A stretch of DNA of 63,894 nucleotides, the filler included, from Saprolegnia diclina VS20 (Eukaryota): the NCBI RefSeq assembly GCF_000281045.1. It is 8 parts of 4 records of this genome, joined end to end, with 100 filler letters (N's around TTAATTAATTAA, not from the genome) between each part and the next. Parts side by side here need not be neighbours in the genome. Positions count along the whole stretch, not along the records: positions 45,290 to 52,875 come from NW_008246171.1; positions 52,976 to 60,555 come from NW_008246171.1; positions 60,656 to 62,720 come from NW_008246171.1; 5 more parts are not named here. One strand, 5' to 3'. The translations under genes and the position numbers were made by a program. The notes below the pieces were generated by a model, which was not told the origin of the DNA, did not search any database, and saw only the letters and a list, made by a program, of their open reading frames with translations. Below, in pieces: positions 48,780 through 61,480 of the stretch. Each line of letters begins with the position of its first letter. Positions within the stretch are counted from its first letter, which is position 1.

Positions 48780-50074
48780 GGATCTGCATACCAACGGTGC
48801 TGCAAAGGAATCAGGTTGATTGTTGAATTTGAACTGGGCAATGAGAAACGATGTCGGCAACTAAAATAGAATGCGGTATCGCGCTTGATTGGATGAAAAG
48901 GTGATTTGTTGCTCGTCCATGGCTGATTGGGCGAACCAAAAGTATATACTAACTCGCCGAATGCACGTGGCCGCATCAAATTTTATCATTTTCTTGGCCT
49001 CACGTAGCACAAGAGACAAGACGAAGCGCAATACGGAGACCATTGATAGAAATCTCCTGGTTTACAGGACAAGCGATCTACATGTACTACGTGGGCGTTG
49101 TCTGTCCAAGCTCACAACGAGAGGCAAGAGTCTTGGGGCTAGGGTAGGGCATCAGAATGACGATATCTGCGATTTGCGGTACACACGAATCTGCACGAAT
49201 CCAAGTCCTTTCTCCTGCAAGGAAGGAAAATCACACAGTACATGTGCAGATTGAAGAACTGTCCACGATGGTAGGAACGTTTACGTATTTTCTGGACAGC
49301 CCATTGGCTATAATTTAAGCCATTTTGGTCAATCAAACGCATATTCATAGGATCCAAGCCAATCGCATCGCGCGGAGCATGTCCGGTGAAGTGCGATTTT
49401 GGTGTCCCAGTTAAGTGCTGTTCTTGTTAGGACATTATACTTGATTTTGTATTAAGTACGACGCACGTATACGAGCACATGGCGTACATAAGGTATTTCC
49501 GCACCTAATCGCAATGTGGTTGAATTGCAGACGACGTTGGCCCGGAAAAGTCTGCGCAGCGCAGCGAAGGTCGAGTGTTGCCTTTGGTCTAGGCCAACGC
49601 TCTACGCAATACCGTTATCAACGCTTCGCATTCATTACAAAAGTCCCTACCAGCTCACCCCGCAAGGGACCTGTTTGGGTCAACGTAAAATCCCAACAAG
49701 TGCATGTTTGGAGCAGATACCCGATGACGCGCGAGCCTCCAACGTCGACTGCAGCCATTGAAACTGAGCGATTCTCCAACTCCTCAATTGTACTACATGA
49801 CGTACACCATAGTCCTAAACGTACATGATGGCTGCCAGTGCAAGACGATCCGACAACGTGTCGAAGGCCGCCGAAAACCACGTGCCGCATTGGTGGCATA
49901 TGCCATTGTTAAAAATAAAACAACATGTATTTTACACAACTGTTTTCTACGCGAGACCAGCACAATACTAACATCAAGCTTGAAACTTCAGATGCTGTAT
50001 GTATCATTCAGGTTTAAAACACACCGTGCACTTGGCGCGGGCCATTGCCCTTTCTTGCCGATTCTTGTTCGACC

Positions 50075-52875
50075 ATGCCACGGTGCGACGATGACATTGG
50101 CGGGTACTACAAGGACATCATGTACCTTCTCGAGTTCCCAAAGACGGCGTCCATGACACGCGTCTTCACGGCCAAGGACGAAGCGGCTATCCGCGCGCTG
50201 CCTGCCTGGGACCTCTCGCGCTACCACCAGCCACGCACCACGACCATCGTCGCCGCCGCCGACCTGGCGTTCGACACAACCGCCTTTGATACGTTTGTCA
50301 ATACGACGCTTGTCAAGCGTGTCAAGACAGCGCTAGCACCCGAAGGTCCGTTCCACGCTGCGCTTGCCCACATTGCGTTCGACTCTGTCGGCGACGCGCA
50401 GTCGTTTGGGGCTGCGCACCGGCCACCGGGCACGTTTGGCACATTATACGTCGCGCTACCGCGTCATGTGCGTGGCGGTGAGGTCGAGTTCAGTCGCGGT
50501 TACGACCATAACAAGTGGCTGCAGCCTCGACGCGCAGATGCACCGCAGCACTCGTACGCTGCGTGCTACCGCAACTCGCACGTCACGGCGGCTGCCATCA
50601 CCGAGGGCGACCGCGTCCTCCTCGTGTATAACCTCGTGTACACCGACTCGTCGGCGCACACCCGCGACTACCCTGCGTCCATTGACGAGGCTGCAACGCA
50701 CCTTCGCAAGCTTGGCGCCAAGGACCATGGCATCTTTGAGGTACTGCAAGGCTGCCCTGTCCAGCAGGGCACCTCGTTCGAGACGCTCTCGGGGCTACCC
50801 AAAGACCTTTTGACCGCCTTGCTACGGTCCCGTGTCTATGATGTGGCACTGGCAACGCTCGTGCCCGACAATGACGCGTCTGTCGACAAGCTGCGCAGCC
50901 GCCTCCTTGACCTCGGTGTGCTCGCCAACATTCTCTTGCAGCACATTGAGCTGCACCCGGCGACAGGAGCGCCATCGGTGCTGCAAGACGCGTTGTGTGG
51001 CGTCGTCCTGCCAGAGTACACGTCGAGCATCAGCGACGAGTTCTCGCAAGAGCTCGGTGCGACACACGCGCTTATCTTTTGGCCAAAACAACGCCGGCTC
51101 GAGGTAGCCGGTCTCCACGGCACGATGCTGTGTCTCGAGCGCGCTCTCACGAACGACGGCACCACCCACAAGGAGCTCTTGGGCTACGAAGTACCGTCGC
51201 TCGTGGGCCATGCCTCGGATCTCATGCAAGGTATGGACGACGACACCTTCCACGCGGACTTGTACCAGCGCCTTCAAGCCATTGTCAACCCGTCGGCGAC
51301 GGCGTTCTTCAACCGGTTTGCCGCTGTGCTCACAACGCTGGGGAATATCGACTTGATACTCGAGTTTGTCGCGAACTGTCTCAACATGGACCACGTCAGC
51401 ACGACGCTGCCAGATGTTGCCAAGTGGCTGCACGGTCTTTGCGCGACGCATGGCTGGGAGCTGCTCTTCCAGTCGCTCGTTCGGCTCGTCGACCGGTGGA
51501 GCCAGCACCAAGCAACAATGGCGCCGATTCTTCATTTTATCGCATCGCTCGCGGGTGTCGACGGTGCGACGCCGGTGTGCCCGGCCCTCCACCAGCCATT
51601 TGCGATCGAGCTCATCAAGGGACTCTACCGCGCCGCGCGACTTGCGCTCGACCCCCACTACCACAACACACGGCTCGTCGTCCAGCATGAAGTTCTCGGT
51701 CTCTGCCTCGTTCTTGACGCGTATGTGGCAGCCAACGGCGTGTCGTCGCACTGGCTTCACGGGCGGTTGCCGCCTCTGGCGCTGGCAGCCATCGATGCGG
51801 CGCTCGACCCGGCCAAGTCGATGGCCCTTCGTCTGCTCGACGCTGCAGAGACAGACGGTGCAGCGCTCCTCACCACCGCAGCGCCTGCTTTGGCGTACAG
51901 TATGCGCCACCAACGACGTCTTCGCGTACCTTCACTCGCCATCGCCATTGCCGCCAAGCTCCACGACCCGTCGACGACTGTCGACATGCTTATGACGGAC
52001 GAGTGGTCTTACTCCGACGCCGTGGTCATTGTCCAAAGCATTTTGACGATCGCACGGAGTGACGGTACGCTGACGCCACCTCTTCTCGAGCGCTGCCGCA
52101 CCGTCTTTGGCGCATGCACCGTCCCGGCCATCCGTGCCATCCTCACTCAAGACGACGTGGACGAAGCGACGCGCGCGCTTTTGTTTCAGAGTGTGTTGCG
52201 CCCGATTCCACGCAACGATACAAACGACGCCAAGCACCTCAACGACTACTACCGCGACCACCCGCACCCGTCCGTCGCGCCGTCCCACGACAATGCGCGA
52301 GAAGTGGACGCTGGGTGGCGACTGGCGGTCGACACGCTCGAACTGATTGCCGAGCTCGATGCGAGCCAAATGCTGCCGTACGTCCGCTCGTGGAACGCCC
52401 AAGTGCTGTCACAAAAGCCGTGGATGTATGGCGGCTTCGTCGCCGACTGCCTTCTTCGCAACACGTTTTGGACCGACGAGGCATGGCTCTTGGTCGCCAA
52501 CCTCTGCCTCAAGAACCTCACACCGCATTTTGCTGGGCGTCGGCTCCGCGATTTGCGTAAGGGCAAGGCGCATGTGGACTGCGACTGCGAGCTCGCGACG
52601 CAGCTCAACACGTTTCTCGCGTCCAAGCATGCGCTGGTCGAGGTCTTGCGCGCACCAGCACCCATGTGCACCGCTGTCCAAGCCTTCGTGGACGGCCCGC
52701 CAAAAACGTCGCTAGAGTTGACGTGGCACAACGACGACGACGACGACGCGGCCGAGCCCGTGACGATCACCATTGAGCGGCCGCACGACGACTTCTCGGA
52801 CGACGAGGTCGACGCATACTCGTCGAAAACACTGGTCGAGCGCCTCCAAGCCATGAAGAAGAGCAAGACGACCCG
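50075..52875 (+). CDS. Large protein with N-terminal degenerate 2OG-Fe(II) oxygenase-like fold (3' end at gap)
   Basis: GTFGTLYVALP..GGEVEF, SYAACY, ITEGDRVLLVYNLVY; >930 uninterrupted codons. Confidence 0.75.
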
Positions 52876-53352
52876 NNNNNNNNNNNNNNNNNNNNNNNNN
52901 NNNNNNNNNNNNNNNNNNNTTAATTAATTAANNNNNNNNNNNNNNNNNNNNNNNNNNNNNNNNNNNNNNNNNNNNCCATACGAATATACACTACAGGGTG
53001 GAGTCGGTGGTCGTGACGACCACCCGACCAAAGGTATCGCTGGTTAGTAGTTGTGCGTGCTTTTGTTGTTGAAAGGAATAATTTCCAGTGGGCACGAGTT
53101 ACCGGCATATGCCGTTTTCATCTTGTTTCTTCCTTGTGTTCCTTGTGGTGCTCTTGTGCGATTGATGACCTTCGCTTTCCGCGCGGGACACGACTTTGTT
53201 AGAGTACAAAAGAGTACGAAATGGTGGCGTTGCACCACTCTTTGGGTGGCATTCACTACAAAATTCGACCTACGCTCGTCACTTCAACTTCTCACGTTTT
53301 GTCTCTGTGTTCTCATCTCAATCAATAGCCCAACGTAGTCGTTTGAAACGTC

Positions 53353-53434
53353 TATATATATATGAGCGTGTTTTGCGTTATCTTTCATAATTACACAAAG
53401 ACTTTGCATTCGTTGAGACTAGCAATCTCCTTTA
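53353..53434 (-). mobile_element. 5'-truncated RTE-like LINE 3' end with 8-bp TSD
   Basis: Homologous to 2551-2628; (TA)n tail; gaaacgtc at 53345-53352 and 53435-53442. Confidence 0.8.
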
Positions 53435-53524
53435 GAAACGTCAATATTGACACTATTGTTCCCTCGTAAATAATGTACGCGACTCGGTGACATTCAGATA
53501 ACATATTGTCGTCATCGGAGCGTG

Positions 53525-53959
53525 TCATGCGTCCATCTCGCGGATGAAAAAGTCGAGGCAGTCGTCAAACGAAAGTGAGGTGGCTTCCACCGGAGTGGGG
53601 CTTGTCAACGGGCCGAGGTTGGCGCTCGCTTCGAGCTTGAGGGGCGTGAACGCGTCAATGGACTCGTCTGGAAGGCTTGCCATCTCATCCTTGACGAGCC
53701 GCATCATGCCGCCCGTGTTGGTCGGGCACTGCAGCTTGCGCACGAGCTTCTCGCGGTACTTTTGCGCATGCGTCTGCGCCTGGCGCGGGGTGCGCGTGCC
53801 GACGTGCGCCGCGATGGCCTTCCACGGGCCACTTGGGTACTTGTCCAAGGCAACGAGGAAGCGCTTGTGCTCGGCCGGCGACCACGCGCCCGTGACGGTG
53901 GGCTTGGTGACGTTACGCTTGCGCGCCGGCGCCGCACTGGGCGGGAAAAAGTACATCAT
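53525..53959 (-). CDS. Myb1R (SHAQKY-class) transcription factor, copy 1 (144 aa)
   Basis: GAWSPAEHKRFL...PWKAIAAHVGTRTPRQAQTHAQKYREK; Inr+FPR at 53986-54003 (-). Confidence 0.92.
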   Translation of the reverse strand: MMYFFPPSAAPARKRNVTKPTVTGAWSPAEHKRFLVALDKYPSGPWKAIAAHVGTRTPRQAQTHAQKYREKLVRKLQCPTNTGGMMRLVKDEMASLPDESIDAFTPLKLEASANLGPLTSPTPVEATSLSFDDCLDFFIREMDA

Positions 53960-55751
53960 GTTGTGTGTGGCTTGGCAATGAGAAGCCAAAAGTGGAAATG
54001 AAGAACGGGGTTGACCCTATTGTAGATTTTGCAAAAAGACATGTGGTCTGTGGGCTACTAATCTGCCGCTCGCATAAAGCAAAAACAATCTAACCATAGC
54101 TGGGACATGTTCGATCACCATCGTCGCAGCCACGCGTGGAGAGAGCCGGGTAGGGCTGGGGTAGGGCTCTGGTGGAATAGGTGTTGCAAGATTCAAACTG
54201 CATGTTTGACCTGTTTCAAAAGATAGTCTTTCATAGAAAGAATCTCAAAGTGTTGCAATGACCCTGTGCATGAAAACTACAACATGTCGATGGGTTAGAC
54301 ATGGGTTAGGTCAACATGACCAGCACGAGTCGCAGCATACATTGCACTAGTACAGTGCTGCTTTGCAGTGTGTACTCGAATTCAAAAGGCACCAGATTGA
54401 TCAGCGGTCGAGTCGACAAACCGGATTGTAGATGAGCGTATGACTCACTCACACTGCTCGTGCTGCTGGAGACCGAAGAGAGATAGGATACTCGTGGCTT
54501 CTTCAACAAGAGCACTCAAAGTCCGTCGCAAACGAGACGACCGTCCTTCGTGGTGTTGAACAAAAGCGGTGCGCAACACCATTCAAGCACAGGATCGAGT
54601 CGCTCTGTAGGCTTCATTGTGCTATTGAGTCGCTCGAGTACTGCAAATGAGCGCGATGAGTTAGCGAGATATCAGATGACGTGGTGAGGCAAGCGCCTTG
54701 TTGACGGACCTATCAAAGCTGCCATCAACCTGCCTGGTGCGACATTCGACATGTGTTAACGTAGTTTAATTGATCTTGCACTGCATCTATCCGTTCCTAG
54801 CAGATATGCACGACTTCGAAACACTGCAAGTCGGCATCGAGGGCACCAAGGCCAAGGGGCCCGAATGAGATGGGATTACGTAGATCTCGTCACTTGATTC
54901 GTTGACTTCGTCATTCCACCATCTTACACTTTCCAGCTAATGTATTCGACTCGCGCTGTGCCTTCAAGGCCTGGGGAAAATAAGCGGCAGAGTCGATGGC
55001 GCTCGATTACTGTACTTCAACCTTCCATTCTGTCACCCCTTGGGTACATCAGTCCGCCGAACCCGTCGCCCAGATCGGGCCCAAACAGGTGTTATCGCAT
55101 CCAGCAGCCATTACATGATCACGTCAATCCCGAGCAGTCGAGGCATCAAGCCTACCGGTACGCTTCTTCCTCTTTTCCACGAAGGATGCTCGTGGGCACG
55201 TTCCTTGTTCCATTGCACCCGAGCGAGACGAAGCCGTTCTGGTGTCGGTAGAAAGAGGCGTTCAGCGGCGCCGATGCCTTCTCGTCAACCTTCCGTCTTG
55301 ATAACGCGTCACATGGTCGTCGACAGTATTGGCGCGAACCGGCAGCGGTTCCATGTCCACCAAGCCAACAATCTCCCAATCTCGCGTTTTGACGAGCCTA
55401 CAGATACTGCGCTGGGCCATCGCGCCCGCCTAGTTCGACGACGCCACGAGCTATATTGAGATTGCTACCAATAAACTATATACGACTCTAATATCGCCTC
55501 ATACTAATGGACGTACCGGAAATTGCATCTCCGTAGACTCCCCTAACGTTAGGAAAAGTAATGACTTGCCGCCGATGGCCAGAGAAGCCGTCCAGTATTT
55601 GCAAGTCTCGCTTCTCGTCGTGTGCGTGGCAGCCCCAAATCGTTTAATGTCACCAACAAAAGTGCGTAAATATTGCTTGACACTATTGTTTTCGCTTAAC
55701 GTAAATAGAAAATATGACATCCAAACCTCGCATTGGCAGCATCGAAGCGTG

Positions 55752-56210
55752 TCATGCGTCCATTTCGCGGATGAAAAAATCGAGGCAGTCGTCAAACGAG
55801 AGCAAGGCCGTGTCGTCCGTGCTGCAGACCAACGGCCGCAAGTCGGCGCTGCTCGCTTCCAGCTTCAGGGGCGTGGACGTCTCCAATTCCATGTGGTCGT
55901 CATCTGGCAGACTTGCCATCTCGTCCTTGACGAGGCGCATCATGCAGCCGTTGCCGTTGTTGGTCGGGCACCGCAGCTTGCGCACGAGCTTCTCGCGGTA
56001 CTTTTGGGCATGCGTCTGCGCCTGGCGCGGGGTGCGCGTGCCGACATGCGCCGCAATAGTCTTCCACGGGCCGTTCGGGAACTTCTCCAACGCAACGAGG
56101 AAGCGCTTGTGCTCGGCCGGCGACCACGCGCCCGTAACCGTGGTTGCCGACAGCTTGGACGTTCTGGGCTTGCGCGGTGGTAGAGCCTTGAGCGGGAGGA
56201 AGTACATCAT
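55752..56210 (-). CDS. Myb1R transcription factor, copy 2 (152 aa)
   Basis: Same THAQKY Myb repeat; Inr+FPR at 56238-56254 (-) supports ATG 56210. Confidence 0.92.
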   Translation of the reverse strand: MMYFLPLKALPPRKPRTSKLSATTVTGAWSPAEHKRFLVALEKFPNGPWKTIAAHVGTRTPRQAQTHAQKYREKLVRKLRCPTNNGNGCMMRLVKDEMASLPDDDHMELETSTPLKLEASSADLRPLVCSTDDTALLSFDDCLDFFIREMDA

Positions 56211-58021
56211 ATCTCGGTCGATTGGCTTCTTCAATGTCAAAAGTGGTAATGACGTGGGCTCCAAAAAATTTGAATTTTGCATCGAACTTCCAGTTGGTGG
56301 CATACAAGGTCCCAGAAGGATCGTGACATGATCTGAAAGCAGCCATTTGGTCAGCAGGAGTTGGAGCAACAAAGAAGGCAACAGATTCGAAGCGCGTTCT
56401 GGCCGTATTTAATTGCTCTTTTGTCGCAAGGCGAATCTGAAAATGTCGCAACACCCCTTTCCTGACCATGCCGATGGGTGTGACCACCAGGACCAGCAAC
56501 TGGGCTGCTTGCCGCCGTATACACTCTCCGAGTGAAATGGGCAGCAAATGTTTACGGACACTCGACTGGCCCGACACGAACGGGCAGAGATATGGCATCG
56601 TCGAGTCAACAGACCGAGTTCGAGGGGGCGTGCGACTCACGCACAACTCGCACGATGCTGCTCGTAATAGAGCGTCTGGTATACGACGACTTCGTTGCAG
56701 TACAAGGGAGCTACTGTAAACGGGTTGTGTACATAAAAATGCGCCGCGGTCGGCCACATATCACACAAATTCCGCAATGTTTATGGCGCCATAAACCCAT
56801 CTGGTACGGCGCGACGTTGCACTGCACCACATAAGCACCATTCCCTGATGCTACAGTAGTGCGCATACAAATACGCCTATCAAACGTCGTTGATGAGGAA
56901 TAAGCCGATCAAATCACCGTCGAGCGGCTGCGGCCGCGCATGGTCTCGGACTGACGGTCAAGATTTTGCAATCAATCATCGAACGGTGTGTCCAGGACGT
57001 ACGCATTATTACAAATCCAATAATCTCACTAATTTCTCGGTAATTTTATCGCTTGGGTCGTTCTTGTCCTCGATGATGTACCTACGACGCTAATCGCCCC
57101 GCGAGGGCGACAGAGCGTCATTACTTCAACCATCCGTCCAGTCATCTCTTCTGGGTACTCAGTCCGTGGGCCCCAGCAGATGCTATGTCGAGGAGCCATA
57201 CTATCATGATCACGTCAAGCGTGGTTCTCTTTCTTCTTTCCGAAAGAAGAAGTGCGGATCTTTCGAACGCAAAAGGCGGTGAAGTACCAAGACAGCTTCA
57301 CACAACTCCGTCCTTGTGTCGTTCGACAAGCTTACAAGGTTTGAGCCAGTGGGGATCGGCGCCAGCTCTCGGTAGAGTTGAACGTGGTGATAGCGCAGGG
57401 CCGTTTCCAAGAAGTAGAAAGAGGGCTCCCAACCCACGATATGGAAGCGCACACGTTACAAGATCCAGACGCAGAGCGAGAGAGCTCGAGCCATCGATGA
57501 ATTTGTTGTATCGGTCATGAGCTATCCCGCCTCGCCCACCATTGGCACGGCGGACACCAACACGGCTGTTGCCCTTAAGTACATTGCAGCTCAGTCTTGT
57601 TAGAGGAAAGAGGATATCGGTGTTCAATATATTATGCTTTCGGCCATGAAAGTGGACCATCATAGAGCTCCGATCGCGACCTCGTGCGTCCGCGCGAGCC
57701 CTCGGCTACTAGTTCGAGACGTTTGCCTTGTCCCTTCCTTGACTTTCTCAAACGATATAACCAGCTTGGACACGACGTGAAAGTCTATTTTCTAAAATAA
57801 AAAATGGCGCCGTGTCGAGATCGCACGCACTGGACCACCTACCTGCCTCGTGTGTTGATTTGATGTCGACGACGTCATAGCTGCCCTTGATACGACAGCA
57901 AATATACCTCGGCTCAATTAGGAGCCAACCTTTGATTACATATTTACAAAACGTGTCTACACCACACCAAGAGGATTGCACGCTAGACAGATTGTGTTGT
58001 CGTGCATCGCAATGGTGCGTG

Positions 58022-58459
58022 TCATGCAAGCGTGTAGTAGAAAAAGGCGACGCACTCGTCGAGCGACGGCAACGCGCCGTCGTCGACGCTCTCTTCCGTC
58101 TTGACGCATGTCACTTCATCCTTGGCGTCGTTGCAAAACGGCAGCGGCTCGATCGCCAACGAGCCAATCTCGTGCTGGACGAGCGCCATGATCCCGTACG
58201 GCGTCGCCGCCTCGTTCGACGAGGCCGCGAGGCGCATCTTGCGGAAGAGCTTCTCGCGGTACTTTTGCGCGTGCGTTTGGGTTTGGCGCGCGGTGCGGGT
58301 GCCGACAAACGACGCGATCGCTTTCCATGGGCCCTTGGGGTGGAGATCAAGACCGATAAGGAATCGCTTGTGCTCGAGCTCGGACCATGCGCCTTGGACG
58401 CGCGGCTTCTCGGCCTCGACCTTGACCGCGGCCGCGGGCGGCGGGCAAAAGTACATCAT
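58022..58459 (-). CDS. Myb1R transcription factor, copy 3 (145 aa)
   Basis: GAWSELEHKRFL...TRTARQTQTHAQKYREK. Confidence 0.92.
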   Translation of the reverse strand: MMYFCPPPAAAVKVEAEKPRVQGAWSELEHKRFLIGLDLHPKGPWKAIASFVGTRTARQTQTHAQKYREKLFRKMRLAASSNEAATPYGIMALVQHEIGSLAIEPLPFCNDAKDEVTCVKTEESVDDGALPSLDECVAFFYYTLA

Positions 58460-58471
58460 CGCAATACGTCA

Positions 58472-58488
58472 GAAATTGCGAAATGAGT
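58472..58488 (-). promoter_or_regulatory. Inr+FPR core promoter of Myb copy 3
   Basis: ACTCATTTCGCAATTTC, near-consensus, 12 nt upstream of ATG. Confidence 0.75.
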
Positions 58489-59759
58489 GGCAACCACGAG
58501 CACACGCGACGACGGCGCCGACGTGGGACATGCCACCAGGCGGTCGCGACACACGAGCGGAAGATCGGCGGGGAAGATCCGGACTCGGATCAGGTTGCGC
58601 CGGTCAGTCCTTCTACCTGCCTATTATGTAATAGTAGAAGCCAACTAAGAACTCATTGCACTGATGCTGACGATGATGACAGAATGGGCATGTGCTTAGC
58701 GTGCATGAAGCAGACGAGTGCGTTTGGGTTTCGAGTTGCACAGGCAGCAGCAAGCGTATCGAATGCGAAGCGATCTCGCACGAAGAAGCTCCCTATAGGA
58801 ACGAGATGCAACGCTCGCATGACCTGGATGCATTCGTCACATGGCGTCATATTGCGTCATGGATGATTGCGCCGCATGTGCCCCTCTACGATTCCTCCTT
58901 GTGCTCATTCAACTACCAGTGCAATACTACTGTGGATATGACGGGTTGCACTGGCGTTGTTTCCAAAGCAGAGATAACGCTGGCGACATGCGTGACCCAT
59001 CGTGTCAAGGTGTCAAGGACGCATGCGTTGTCGTCTGTCGATGTGCCGCTTCTGACCGAGATCGCTGGTGTGAGGTCGCGTGGTCGTGCCGTAGAGGACA
59101 TGACCGAAATGACTCAGAACCCGTTGGGATTTGTCATATTTGTAAGCAAGTTTGACTCAACGCCCACGTGTGCAAAAGATACAATCATCAATGATGGACA
59201 ATATGGGACATTGACGCCTTCGCGTCCTATCGCAGCACCATCTGCGCTGCGATCGACGAGAGTGATTGATGGATGGCGTGAGTGACCACACTGGCTCGTC
59301 CGAAGAAGGTCGATCTGTCGTTATCGTGACATCCTTGCAGGCCCAGCATTGACCCAAGTTGCGCATTCTACGAGGTGAGTGCATTGAACTTGTGCGCGCA
59401 CGCGACCAATATACTGTAGGTATTCATTCCACTGCAGGGCATTCCGAGACGTGGAAGAGGTCGTCCACGCAAGGCTGAGCGGTCCAGAAGACGTGGATCT
59501 AGAACACACTAGGTACACGATCCAGGAGGCGAGCAAGCACGAGTCATTTTGAAATGCTTAGTGCCAGTCAACAAACTAATCTCACCACTGGCGTGGATCA
59601 ACGCGGTTGCTGCCCTCAAATCAAATACGGTATTGATTGATCAATCGATGGCCACAGAATAGGCGAAAATCAATACTGTATTAGATCTAAACCGACGTGC
59701 GTTGCAAGTGCTCGTCACAAGAGTGTCCACTCGTCAGATGGGTTGACAACTTTGTGTGG

Positions 59760-60555
59760 TGATGGAAGCCGGCGCGACCCAATGCCAGGACGAACCAGCA
59801 GGAACCATACTATAATAGTATAGCCATATAGTGTGGCAAATTCGCAATCGCACGCCAAGATTCCCACAGCAGCCGCTTCAACACGCTGACCAGTCTCTTA
59901 TGGGAATGGTCATCGCTACGCACAACGCAGTTTATCGCCTTGTCCTGGCTTATTACGCCAAGTTTTATCACTTCGCCGAATATTTGACATCGCTAGCTCT
60001 ATTACCAAAAGGGTTGCACAGGTTATACAAGGCGACGTACGACCATCTTCTAGTGCGCTGTCCATCCATCCGCGCGGTCTGACGCGCTTTTGACCCGATG
60101 CGCGAAATCTTGCAGCTGCAACTCCCGACGTCGGTCGGTGGCTTTCTCTACGATGCCGTCGCTCTGCCGTTATCAGCCCACAAGCCGACCATCTGTGCTC
60201 TCTGGCCGATCCTGCGCGCTTGCGTTTGGTACAGTCTATGGCTCGAACGCAACAACCGCGTGTTTCGCACGACATTGACGCCCCTTCCCGCTGCTGCGCT
60301 CGCGATCAAAGCCGCTACTACAGTGTATCACGCGATTGCATATCCGACACTTGGCTCGCCGCGCCGTGGTGCCTTCGCTTGCCGAGTCGCTCCATGCCCT
60401 ACACCCTTGGTATGCTCACTACCTCATTCTCCACTCAATCCTGAGCCCCGACCACGCGCCCTCAGCTTGACGTACCGGCCAAACCTCACGAGCGCACTAG
60501 GAAGTCCACCATCTTCATTATATAATTGCATGGTAATAACTCATTTCAACAACAG
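59760..60555 (+). mobile_element. Decayed L1/Tx1-like LINE ORF2 C-terminus and 3' UTR
   Basis: YDHLLVRCP (zinc-knuckle remnant) and WYSLWLERNNRVF; stops; ends in caacaac before gap. Confidence 0.6.
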
Positions 60556-60814
60556 NNNNNNNNNNNNNNNNNNNNNNNNNNNNNNNNNNNNNNNNNNNNT
60601 TAATTAATTAANNNNNNNNNNNNNNNNNNNNNNNNNNNNNNNNNNNNNNNNNNNNTACCACGAATGAGCCATTTTGTATTTTGACCGAGGTTGGCCATCA
60701 AATCGCAATCGGGAACGCACCGCGACTGCTTGCGTGTTATTAGCCACATTATCCGGATATCCGGTGCAGCATCGCCAGACCCATCATGACCAGGCCTCGC
60801 GATCGACCACTTTG

Positions 60815-61480
60815 CGTTCGAAAACGAAATTGTCAAGCCTTGGCACAGTAGTAGAGGATACTTTGGAGAGTACCGAAAGCGAGGCTGCGTCGACGTACGA
60901 GGCGTACAGCGGTCGCGAGACGCGATCCAAGATGCGCGCCAAACTGAGATCGTAGTGCCATCTGAGAGGCACAGCGCACTCCAGACTAAGATCGTAGGAC
61001 CATCTTAGCGGCATCACGCCACGACGCCGACGCTGCTTGCCGACAACATCACGTTTGAAATGGAATCGCCCAAAGTTGGCACGGTGCTAGAAGACACTTT
61101 GGAGAGCAGAGCAGACCGCGATTCGTCGTCGTTGCAGGCCTAAAACGCGCGCAATGCTAGACCACAAATACAAAGCGCTCATAAATCGTTTTAAATACAA
61201 ATGGCTGCATTGGTACGCCGTAGGCGTCGTCTTCTGCACTTGTAGCGACGGTCTACCCTTCCAACGATTCCTAGCAACATTCACGGAGTGACGACGTCCA
61301 GCACATTCTGTGGAGCGATACAAGTGCTTTTACAAAGTTAAAAATGCAAATGACCGCGTTGGCACGCCGTAGATTTCGTCTTTAGCACCTTTTAACGACG
61401 ATCTCCCCTTCCAGCGGAACAAGATTGCGATTCCTAGCAACATTCATGGGGTTACGACGTCCAGCACATTCTGTGGAGCA
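60815..61480 (+). repeat. Cluster of internal tandem duplications (transposon-subterminal-like)
   Basis: Repeat core at 60815-60870 and 61052-61106; ~43-bp pair at 60941-61012; ~130-150-bp pair at 61193-61318 / 61342-61479. Confidence 0.75.

Noticed and set aside
49516..49860. Possible pogo/CENP-B HTH remnant (SLRSAAK...YAIPLSTLR)
   Set aside because: Short, broken, no DDE domain or TIRs
53525..58459. Myb genes as the Harbinger DNA-binding ORF
   Set aside because: They are host SHAQKY-class Myb1R with own promoters and lie outside the TIRs
54300..59600. Short ORFs between and after the Myb genes
   Set aside because: No recognisable motifs; probably decayed sequence
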